Origin: Betaproteobacteria bacterium
GTDB taxonomy: Bacteria; Pseudomonadota; Gammaproteobacteria; Burkholderiales; SG8-39
Assembly: GCA_012274205.1 (NCBI GenBank)
Contig: JAAOZY010000223.1
Span: 1-34,915 of the forward strand
Direction of reading: 5' to 3'
Length of the DNA: 34,915 bases
Below, piece after piece: positions 19,209 to 26,560 of the stretch. The position numbers were made by a program, and so were the translations under genes. Positions within the stretch are counted from its first letter, which is position 1. The number at the start of each line of letters is the position of its first letter. The notes under the pieces are model-generated. The model saw only the letters and a list, made by a program, of their open reading frames with translations. It did no database searches and had not been told where the DNA came from.

Positions 19209-20831
19209 CTAGGCGCGCTTGCTCTTGACCCCTTCGACGAAACGCGTCAGCGTCGGGGACTTCGCGCCGCGCGCGACCATGGCCTCGATCAGCTGGAATT
19301 TTCCACGCCGGCGCTGCGCTTCGTTCAGCGCTTGTACCAGTTCGCCGCGGGTGTGCACGCGCACGCCTTCGCCGCCCAGTGCATTTGCCGCTTCGGCGAA
19401 GTGCCAGTCTGCGAGGTCGTTGAATTTGGATTCCGGCTGGAACGCGCGCAGCATTTCCCAGCTTGCGTTGTTGATCAGCAGCACGATCGGGTCCCAACCG
19501 TAGCGCAGGCAATTTCCCAGTTCCCAGCCGGTCATCTGGAACGCGCCGTCGCCGACGATGATCAGCGGGCGCTGGCCGGTCGCCGCCTGCAGCCCCAGGC
19601 CGGCAGGCACGCCGAAGCCCATGGTCGCGTAATAGCCCGGCGCCACCAGCGCAGTATGCTCGACGTCCATCGCCAGGAACATGCAGTCGCCGATATCGGT
19701 TGCAATCGGCATTTTGCCGTGTGCGTCCATCAGGTCATTGATCGCGGTCGCGATGTCCAGCGGCGTAATCGGCGCGGCGTCCGCCGGCAGCCGGCGCGGG
19801 TAGCTCGCCGGCGCAGGGTGCGGCGCGGCAGCGGCGCGCGTGGCCGGAAGGCGCGCGAGCAGGGCATCGACCAAGGGGCCGAGCGGGATTTCCGGATAGA
19901 CGTGATGGCCGATGCATACCTGCCGGTTCAGCGCCTGGATCGACATGCGCAGGTCGATGTGCATGGCCGATACGCCAAGATTGGTGTCGGAGACGATCAC
20001 ACCGAGCAGAAACAGCGCGTCGGACTTCTCCACCAGTTCGGTGATCGCGGGCAGTCCGGCTACGCCGATGTAGGTGCCAAGCAGCGGCGCGTCGGTATTG
20101 GCCAGCAGTCCGCGGCCAAGCAGGCTGGTGACCACCGGCAGCCCCAGGCGGCGCGCAAGTTCGGCCACCCGCTGCTCCAGCCCGAAGCGGCGCACTTCGA
20201 CGCCAATCATGAGCACCGGCGAACGCGCCGCGCGCAGACGCGCCAGAATTTCATCGGCACATGCGGCCAATGCCTCGGGGTCGAACGCGGGCTCGGGCGC
20301 CGCAGCCACCGCCTCGCAGGGCAGGGTCACCATGTCGCGCGGCAATTCGATGTACACCGGCTGCGAATTGCTGAGGCAGGCGCGCAGCACGCGCGCGATT
20401 TCGGCGGGCGCGCTGCGCGCATCGGTAAGGCAGGTCTGTGCGCAGGTGATCTCCTCGAAGATGCGCAGCTGCGAGTCGAGCGACTTGGCCTGATGATGCA
20501 GCAGCAGACCGCGCTGCGCCTCGCCTTTGCCCGGTGCCCCGGACACCACTACCACCGGTGACTTTTCGGCAAAGGCGGCGGCAACCGGATTGACCATATT
20601 GAGCGCGCCTGCACCATAGGTAACGACCGCCACCCCGAGCGCCGAGTGGATGCGCGCGGCTGCGTCGGCGGCGAAGCCGACCGCCGGCTCATGGCTTAGT
20701 GTATACAGCGGCAGGATGGCGCTCTCTTCGATGACTTTGAAGAACGGCAGCGCGTAATCCCCGGGAATGCCGAAAATTTCGCGCGCGCCATGCGCCTTGA
20801 GTGCGTGCAGCAACGCTTCCGACAGATTCAT
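19209..20831 (-). CDS. Thiamine-diphosphate-dependent 2-keto-acid decarboxylase (indolepyruvate/phenylpyruvate decarboxylase family)
   Basis: 540 aa from the ATG at 20831, which is preceded by GGGAGA. It begins MNLSEALLHALKAHGAREIFGIPGDYALPFF. The TPP-binding motif is GDGAFQMT...NN. The ORF extension to 21020 is unsupported. Confidence 0.8.
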   Translation of the reverse strand: MNLSEALLHALKAHGAREIFGIPGDYALPFFKVIEESAILPLYTLSHEPAVGFAADAAARIHSALGVAVVTYGAGALNMVNPVAAAFAEKSPVVVVSGAPGKGEAQRGLLLHHQAKSLDSQLRIFEEITCAQTCLTDARSAPAEIARVLRACLSNSQPVYIELPRDMVTLPCEAVAAAPEPAFDPEALAACADEILARLRAARSPVLMIGVEVRRFGLEQRVAELARRLGLPVVTSLLGRGLLANTDAPLLGTYIGVAGLPAITELVEKSDALFLLGVIVSDTNLGVSAMHIDLRMSIQALNRQVCIGHHVYPEIPLGPLVDALLARLPATRAAAAPHPAPASYPRRLPADAAPITPLDIATAINDLMDAHGKMPIATDIGDCMFLAMDVEHTALVAPGYYATMGFGVPAGLGLQAATGQRPLIIVGDGAFQMTGWELGNCLRYGWDPIVLLINNASWEMLRAFQPESKFNDLADWHFAEAANALGGEGVRVHTRGELVQALNEAQRRRGKFQLIEAMVARGAKSPTLTRFVEGVKSKRA

Positions 20832-20878
20832 GCTGTTCTCCCGAGCGCCGCCTGGCAAGACCTGCGGCGCAAGAATTT

Positions 20879-20913
20879 TTACCCACAGATTCTGTGGATA
20901 AGCCTGTGGATTG
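20879..20913. promoter_or_regulatory. Cluster of three DnaA-box-like 9-mers
   Basis: TTACCCACA (20879-20887, + orientation) has 1 mismatch to TTATCCACA. TGTGGATAA (20893-20901) is a perfect box on the minus strand. TGTGGATTG (20905-20913, minus) has 2 mismatches. The first two boxes also form the palindrome CCACAGA-T-TCTGTGG. Confidence 0.45.
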
Positions 20914-21073
20914 TTACGCAATCGAAGTTCACCTGCTTCGAAAGAACCGTCAAATAATTGGGACTGATCACAAATTGAGCGCCGCGAAAAGCAATTTCCG
21001 GGCCGAGCTGTCCGGTACACGACGCCGGCATCATCGCTTTATTGGCGCCGGGCCGCAAGCACGTTAGCGCAGC

Positions 21074-21102
21074 TTGGGCGAGACGGCCCGATCCTCTACA
21101 AT
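21074..21102 (+). promoter_or_regulatory. Candidate sigma70 promoter of the methyltransferase gene
   Basis: TTGGGC (21074-21079), a 17-nt spacer, then TACAAT (21097-21102). It lies 50 nt upstream of the ATG at 21152. Confidence 0.4.
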
Positions 21103-21151
21103 AGCGCGCTGCGTGGGCCGCAGGAGTTTCCGTCCGACAGGAGTTTCACCG

Positions 21152-21802
21152 ATGGCAGAACAACACAGCGACCGAGCCGTGCCGCGTTCGCTCGAACAAG
21201 CGCTGATACGCTGGGAATCGCGATTCAGCGTGGGCGAATATCTGTTCGGAGAACGTCCGAACGCTTACCTGGCGTCGAAAGCCGGCTTGCTCGCGAAGGG
21301 CAGCCGCGCGCTGTCGATCGCCGATGGCGAGGGCCGCAACAGCGTCTGGCTCGCGCAGCAGGGCCTGCGCGTGGATGCGTTCGATTTTTCACCTACTGCG
21401 GTGGCCAAGGCGGAGCGGCTTGCGCTGAGCCGCGGCGTGCGTGTCGGCTTCAATGTATGCGAAACCTTCGCCTGGCCGTGGGAGCCCGCGGCGTACGACC
21501 TGGTCGCCGCAATTTTCATCCAGTTCGCCTCGCCGGAAGTTCGCGCGAAGCTGTTCCCGCTGATCGCGCAGACGCTGAAGCCGGGCGGAATGCTGATCCT
21601 TCAGGGCTATCGCACCGAGCAACTGCAATACGGCACCGGCGGCCCGCCGGAACACGATCACCTGTATACCGAGGAATTGGTGCGCGGGCTGCTGCAGGAC
21701 ATGGACCTCCTGGAGCTGCGCTGCTACGACGAACACGTCGACGAGGGCAAGGGGCACTCCGGCATGTCGGCGCTCATCGGCGCGCTCGCGCGCAAGCGCT
21801 AG
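21152..21802 (+). CDS. Class I SAM-dependent methyltransferase
   Basis: 216 aa from the ATG at 21152, with AGGAG 8 nt upstream. Motif I is ALSIADGEGRNSVWLAQQG, followed by an acidic loop (VDAFDFS) and GGMLIL. Confidence 0.75.
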   Translation: MAEQHSDRAVPRSLEQALIRWESRFSVGEYLFGERPNAYLASKAGLLAKGSRALSIADGEGRNSVWLAQQGLRVDAFDFSPTAVAKAERLALSRGVRVGFNVCETFAWPWEPAAYDLVAAIFIQFASPEVRAKLFPLIAQTLKPGGMLILQGYRTEQLQYGTGGPPEHDHLYTEELVRGLLQDMDLLELRCYDEHVDEGKGHSGMSALIGALARKR

Positions 21803-21817
21803 CGCCGGCGCAGCCCC

Positions 21818-22261
21818 TCACCTGACGATCAGGACCGGAATCGTCGAGTGGGCCAGCACTTTCTGCGTTTCGCTGCCGAGCAGCAAACCGGAAATGCCGC
21901 GCCGCCCGTGCGAAGCCATCACGATCAGATCGCAGCGCTGTTCCGCGGCGGTGCGGATGATCGCCTCGAACGTCGAGAAATCGGCGACGAAGGCGGTCTC
22001 CGCCTTGGTACCTTCGCCTGCGGCGATTTCCGCCGCCGCGTCCAGCAGACCGCGCTCCTCGTCCTCGATTTCCTGCAGCAACACTTTTCCGCCCAGGTTG
22101 CTCGCCGCACCGCCCTCGACGTGGTGCGGAATTTCAATCGGTGAGCGGACATGCAGCAGCAGCAGCCTTGCCCCCAGCGAATGCGCCAGGCTCGCCGCCG
22201 TCGCCACCGCCTTGTTGGAAGAGCCGGAGCCGTCGGTTGGCAGCAGGATGTTCTTGAACAT
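21818..22261 (-). CDS. Universal stress protein (UspA family)
   Basis: 147 aa. It begins MFKNILLPTDGSGSS and ends with the ATP-binding-type C-terminus VMASHGRRGISGLLLGSETQKVLAHSTIPVLIVR. Confidence 0.85.
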   Translation of the reverse strand: MFKNILLPTDGSGSSNKAVATAASLAHSLGARLLLLHVRSPIEIPHHVEGGAASNLGGKVLLQEIEDEERGLLDAAAEIAAGEGTKAETAFVADFSTFEAIIRTAAEQRCDLIVMASHGRRGISGLLLGSETQKVLAHSTIPVLIVR

Positions 22262-22422
22262 GAGCAGTATTCCGCAAGTGTATCGCCGGGGTCCTGGATT
22301 CCGCAGCGGCAATGAAGCTGCTGCGGGTATGCGCAGCGTAACCGGATGCGTTCGCCTAGTCTACGCTGCCGCGGCCGGGATGCGCTTGCTGCGCGCGATA
22401 AGGCGACATAGTCTGCGGATGA

Positions 22423-22851
22423 TCAAACCACGGGCGGAAAGCCGTAATTCGGCAGCGCGGCCTTGCGCCCGCCGGCACGCAGGCATGCTTCCACCGTCTG
22501 CAGCAGCAGTTCGCGCGTGACAGGTTTGGCGAGAAAATCGGCAGCGCCGAGCTCCGCCGCCCTGGCCATGAGGCTGGCGTCGCTGCGTCCGGAGATGAAA
22601 ACCACCGGGATAGTCGCTGAGTGCGCATCGCTTTGCATCAGCGATATGAACTCCAGGCCGTTCAGATAGGGCATGCCGATATCGCACAGGACCAGCGACG
22701 GCGGACGCTCCAGCAGCGCCTTGCCGCCCTCGACCGCGTCCTCGGCCACTTCGGTCGCATAGCCGGCCGCGGCCAGGTGCAGGCGCAGCACGCCGGCGTA
22801 CTCAGCGTCGTCGTCGATGATCAGAATGCGGATATTGCTGCGGTCGGGCAT
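22423..22851 (-). CDS. Stand-alone response regulator receiver (CheY-like) protein
   Basis: 142 aa. It has the acidic pocket ILIIDDD, the phospho-acceptor context LVLCDIGMP, then VVFISG and the conserved K in FLAKP. No output domain is present. Confidence 0.85.
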   Translation of the reverse strand: MPDRSNIRILIIDDDAEYAGVLRLHLAAAGYATEVAEDAVEGGKALLERPPSLVLCDIGMPYLNGLEFISLMQSDAHSATIPVVFISGRSDASLMARAAELGAADFLAKPVTRELLLQTVEACLRAGGRKAALPNYGFPPVV

Positions 22852-22942
22852 GCGCGCTGCTTCCTGGGCGGAACTGCAGGTACGCCAAAAATGTAGTCTT
22901 GCGGCAAGGCAAAGTCAATGTCGTGCCGCAGGCGCGCGCCGT

Positions 22943-23827
22943 TCAATCCCACAACCAGGCCGCGCCGCGCACCCCGGAAGCGTCGCCGTGGCGGCTCTTG
23001 AGCAAAGGGGTGGCGACGCTGTCGGAAAAAACGTGCGCGGCCCAGAGCGCGGGCACGTTGGCGTAAAGCCTGTCGATGTTCGAAACGCCGCCGCCGAGCA
23101 CGATCGCGTCCGGGTCGAGGATATTGATGACTGCAGCCAGGGCACGCGCCAGCCGGGCTTCGTAGCGGCGCAGCGTCGCATCGCAGGCGGCATCGCCCGC
23201 GGCCGCGCGGGCCGCGATCTGTGCCGGCTCCATGCTTTCGCCGCCGTTGCGCACGTGGTCATGGCGCATGCCGGGGCCGCTGAGAAAAGTCTCGACGCAG
23301 CCGCAGCGCCCGCAGTAGCAGGGCGGCCAGTGCGCCTCGTCGCCTGGCAGCCGGTTGTGGCCCCATTCACCCGCTATGGCATTGGCGCCGACGAGCAGCT
23401 TGTCGTGCGCGACGATGCCTCCGCCCACGCCGGTTCCGAGGATCACGCCGAACGCCAGCTCGGCGCCTTCCGCGGCGCCATCCGCAGCCTCGGAAAGCGC
23501 GAAACAGTTCGCGTCGTTGGCCAGCCGTACCTCGCGCTGCAGCAGTGCCTGCAGATCCTGTCTCAGCGGGCGGCCGATCAGCCAGGTCGAGTTGGCATTC
23601 TTGATCAGCCCGCTGGCGCGCGATTCGGCCCCGGGTATGCCGACGCCGAGCGAGCCGCGCCGCCCGAGTTCGCGTTCCGCACGCCCGACCAGTCCGGCGA
23701 TGGCGGCAAGTGTGGCCGGGTAGTCGTCGCGCGGCGTGGGCACGCGGCGGCGCAGCAACTCGGCGCCATCTTCGCCCAGGGCGACGATTTCGATTTTGGT
23801 GCCGCCCAGGTCGATGCCCAGGCGCAT
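22943..23827 (-). CDS. mak: ROK-family sugar kinase, Mak (fructo/mannokinase)-like
   Basis: MRLGIDLGGTKIEIVALG...RVPTPRDDY...NANSTWL...REVRLANDANC...GEWGHN...CYCGRCGCVETFLSG...ILDPD.IVLGGG.SN...HGD.SGVRGAAWLW is nearly colinear with E. coli Mak/YajF as I remember it. The ATG at 23827 is preferred over the GTG at 23836. Confidence 0.8.
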   Translation of the reverse strand: MRLGIDLGGTKIEIVALGEDGAELLRRRVPTPRDDYPATLAAIAGLVGRAERELGRRGSLGVGIPGAESRASGLIKNANSTWLIGRPLRQDLQALLQREVRLANDANCFALSEAADGAAEGAELAFGVILGTGVGGGIVAHDKLLVGANAIAGEWGHNRLPGDEAHWPPCYCGRCGCVETFLSGPGMRHDHVRNGGESMEPAQIAARAAAGDAACDATLRRYEARLARALAAVINILDPDAIVLGGGVSNIDRLYANVPALWAAHVFSDSVATPLLKSRHGDASGVRGAAWLWD

Positions 23828-24041
23828 GCTAGCCACAAGCGCGCGCGGGTGCGCCGGCGTTCGATATCGGTGCAGCAGGTGTTGCAGCGGGGAGCATGGG
23901 CGAGTCTATTCCAGCGGCGGTGGAAATGCCAAGTGTGCAACGGTCCCGGGCGCTGCGGCGCTGAGCGGATCGGCAGGGCGAGCGGAAGCGGCCGGCGATT
24001 GGTGGTAAATTGCGGACGTTCCGGGAGCTGCAGCGACGCGC

Positions 24042-24665
24042 GTGTTCAAAATACTAAAAGCCCTGGTGTTCCTTGCTGGGACAGGTATTGCGCTCAATGG
24101 CCGTGCCGATGTGTTCGTGCGCGCGGACATCATTACCGATCCGGATCCGGCGCATTTCAATATTTGTTATGACTACGGCTGCGCCAGTCTGGCCTGGGTG
24201 AAGCTGAGCGAAGATCAATGGCAGCAGGTAAGCGCCGTATTTGCACCGCCCGCTGCGACGCCTGCAGTTGAACGCGAACGGATCCGGCGCGCGATCGCGC
24301 TGTTGGAGTCCATCGCAGGCCCGATGACCGGTACCGCCCACGACAAAGGCGGCACCTTTGCGGGATTCGGACAGACCGGGCAGATGGATTGCATCGACGA
24401 ATCCACCAACACCACGATTTATTTGACCATGCTGCAAAAATACGGCCTGCTGCGCTGGCACAATGTGGGGGATCGCTCGACGCGCTGGCTGCTGTTCCGC
24501 TGGCCGCACACCACCGCAGTGATCGAGGAGCGCGCGAGCGGGCGCGAGTGGGCGGTCGATTCCTGGTTTCTCGACAACGGCGAGCCGCCGTTCGTGCTGC
24601 CGCTGGAAACCTGGAAAGACGGCTGGATACCGCCAAAACGCCAAGCCGGCGCGGCGGGCGATTGA
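24042..24665 (+). CDS. Secreted hypothetical protein (no confident family)
   Basis: 207 aa with a GTG start and the signal-like N-terminus MFKILKALVFLAGTGIALNGRA. The protein-like composition includes conserved-looking blocks MDCIDESTNTT, WPHTTAVIEE and WAVDSWF. Confidence 0.55.
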   Translation: MFKILKALVFLAGTGIALNGRADVFVRADIITDPDPAHFNICYDYGCASLAWVKLSEDQWQQVSAVFAPPAATPAVERERIRRAIALLESIAGPMTGTAHDKGGTFAGFGQTGQMDCIDESTNTTIYLTMLQKYGLLRWHNVGDRSTRWLLFRWPHTTAVIEERASGREWAVDSWFLDNGEPPFVLPLETWKDGWIPPKRQAGAAGD

Positions 24666-24714
24666 GGGACGCTGCGCGCCGGTCACGGCCGCCGGCGGAA
24701 TCGGGAGCGATACG

Positions 24715-26349
24715 ATGAAGACCACCGGGCCATTCGATTACGTCATCGTGGGCGGCGGTACCGCAGGATGTCTGCTCGCCAACCGCCTGTCCGCCGATCC
24801 GCGCAACACGGTACTGCTGCTGGAAGCGGGGGGCAAGGACGACTGGATCTGGATCCACATCCCGGTCGGCTATCTTTACTGCATCGGCAACCCGCGCACC
24901 GACTGGTGCTACAGGACCGAGCCCGATCCGGGGCTCAACGGACGTTCCATACTGTATGCGCGCGGGCGCGTGCTCGGCGGCAGTTCCTCGATCAACGCCA
25001 TGCTCTATCTGCGCGGGCAGGAGCGCGACTACGACGAGTGGGCGCGGCACACCGGTGATTCCGCCTGGGCCTGGCGCAATGTGCTGCCGGTGTTCATGAA
25101 ATCGGAGGATCACTGGCGTGGCGCGGATGCGTTCCACGGCGGGCGCACTGCGGACGCATCCGATGGCCACGAATGGCGCGTGGAGCGCCAGCGCCTGTCC
25201 TGGGAAATACTCGACGCATTTCGCGATGCGGCGCTTGAGACCGGCATCGCCAAGGTCGAGGATTTCAACCGCGGCGACAATTCGGGCAGTTCCAAATTCG
25301 AAGTCAACCAGCGCCGCGGCGTGCGCGTGAATGCGTCGAAAGCGTTTCTGCGGCCGGCGCAGCACCGGCCGAATCTGAGCGTGGTCACCGGCGCCCAGGT
25401 GAAGAAGCTGCGGCTGGAGGGCAGGCGCGCGCTGGGAGTGGAGTACCTGCAGGGGGGCGAGCAGGTCTTCGCCGCGGCGCGCAGGGAAACGCTGCTCGCC
25501 GCGGGGGCGATCGGCAGCCCGCAGATCCTGCAGCTCTCCGGCATCGGGCCGGGCGCACTGCTGCAGCAGCACGGCATCGCGCTCGCGCACGAGCTGCCTG
25601 TGGGCGAGAACCTGCAGGATCACCTGCAGCTGCGCATGGCGTTCCGCGTGAGCAACGTGCTTACGCTCAATACGCTCGCCAATTCCTGGTGGGGCAAGGC
25701 GAAAATGGCGCTGGAGTACGCGCTGCACCGCACTGGCCCGCTTACCATGGCGCCGTCCCAGCTGGGCGCGTTTGTCAAAAGCGATCCAGCGCAGCCCACG
25801 CCGAACCTGGAGTTTCACGTGCAGCCGCTGTCGCTGGAAAAATTCGGCGACCCGCTGCATCCGTTCCCGGCGTTCACCGCGAGCGTATGCAATCTGCGCC
25901 CGGCTTCGCGCGGCCATGTGCGCATCAAATCGCCAGATGCGCACGCCCATCCGGCGATCATGCTCAATTACCTTTCGGCGGCGCAGGATCAGGCGATCGC
26001 GGTGCAGTCCTTGCGGCTCGCGCGCCGTGTTGTGCTCGGCACGCAGACCATGAAGAAATACGCGCCGGAAGAGATCCTGCCGGGGCCGGCTTTTGCCACC
26101 GACGAACAGTTGGTGCAAGCCGCGGGCAACAGCGGAACGACCATCTTTCATCCCGTGGGGACATGCAAAATGGGCCGCGCCGATGATCCGGACGCGGTAG
26201 TCGATCCGCAATTGCGCGTGCGCGGCATCGAAGGGCTGCGCGTGATCGATGCGTCGATCATGCCGGCGATCACCTCGGGCAACACCAATTCCCCCACGCT
26301 GATGATCGCCGAGCGCGGCGCCATGTTGGTCCAGGGCAGCGGCGGCTGA
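24715..26349 (+). CDS. GMC-family FAD-dependent oxidoreductase (choline/alcohol dehydrogenase-like)
   Basis: 544 aa. FDYVIVGGGTAGCLLANRLS is the FAD GxGxxG motif. GMC signatures are GG.SSINAM.Y.RG and GSPQILQLSGIG. The C-terminal active-site region is HPVGTCKMG and DASIMP....NTN. Confidence 0.92.
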   Translation: MKTTGPFDYVIVGGGTAGCLLANRLSADPRNTVLLLEAGGKDDWIWIHIPVGYLYCIGNPRTDWCYRTEPDPGLNGRSILYARGRVLGGSSSINAMLYLRGQERDYDEWARHTGDSAWAWRNVLPVFMKSEDHWRGADAFHGGRTADASDGHEWRVERQRLSWEILDAFRDAALETGIAKVEDFNRGDNSGSSKFEVNQRRGVRVNASKAFLRPAQHRPNLSVVTGAQVKKLRLEGRRALGVEYLQGGEQVFAAARRETLLAAGAIGSPQILQLSGIGPGALLQQHGIALAHELPVGENLQDHLQLRMAFRVSNVLTLNTLANSWWGKAKMALEYALHRTGPLTMAPSQLGAFVKSDPAQPTPNLEFHVQPLSLEKFGDPLHPFPAFTASVCNLRPASRGHVRIKSPDAHAHPAIMLNYLSAAQDQAIAVQSLRLARRVVLGTQTMKKYAPEEILPGPAFATDEQLVQAAGNSGTTIFHPVGTCKMGRADDPDAVVDPQLRVRGIEGLRVIDASIMPAITSGNTNSPTLMIAERGAMLVQGSGG

Positions 26350-26476
26350 GGAGCCCGTCCGGCATGGGGAAATGCCGGCCGAATCGGGGGAAAGAGCGCG
26401 GCGCCATGTTGGTCCAGGGCAGCGGCGGCTGAGGAGCCCGTCCGGCATGGGGAAATGCCGGCCGAATCGGGGGAAA
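26311..26476. repeat. Perfect tandem direct duplication, 2 x 83 bp
   Basis: 26311-26393 is identical base for base to 26394-26476. Copy 1 holds the last 39 nt of the GMC ORF including the TGA. Each copy also contains the hairpin CCGGCAT-GGGGAA-ATGCCGG. Confidence 0.97.
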
Positions 26477-26490
26477 TACTGCGCGCAAAC

Positions 26491-26499
26491 TGGTAAAAT
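26491..26499 (+). promoter_or_regulatory. Candidate extended -10 promoter (TGgTAAAAT) of the parvulin lipoprotein gene
   Basis: TG at 26491-26492 and TAAAAT at 26494-26499, about 60 nt upstream of the ATG at 26561. The -35 is weak. Confidence 0.35.
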
Positions 26500-26560
26500 G
26501 GCAGGTTGCCGCCGCTTCCGGCATGGTCTGATCCCCACTTACTTACTAGGAAAATCCAAC

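Noticed and set aside
20879-20913. DnaA-box cluster as the chromosomal replication origin.
   Set aside because: There are only three boxes. No AT-rich 13-mer-like unwinding element was seen, and no dnaA/dnaN/gidA-type neighbours are present. A regulatory, titration or DARS-like role is more plausible (see findings).
20832-21020. 63-codon N-terminal extension of the decarboxylase ORF, and the 26-codon extension of the methyltransferase ORF (21074-21151).
   Set aside because: Conserved N-termini begin at internal ATGs that have good Shine-Dalgarno sequences. The extensions cover promoter-like and DnaA-box-like DNA.
24157-26538. 793-aa ORF on the minus strand, opposite the secreted hypothetical and GMC oxidoreductase genes.
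   Set aside because: Its composition is Arg/Ala/Pro-rich antisense-type with no motifs. The + strand encodes a textbook GMC oxidoreductase. The ORF even runs through both copies of the 83-bp duplication.
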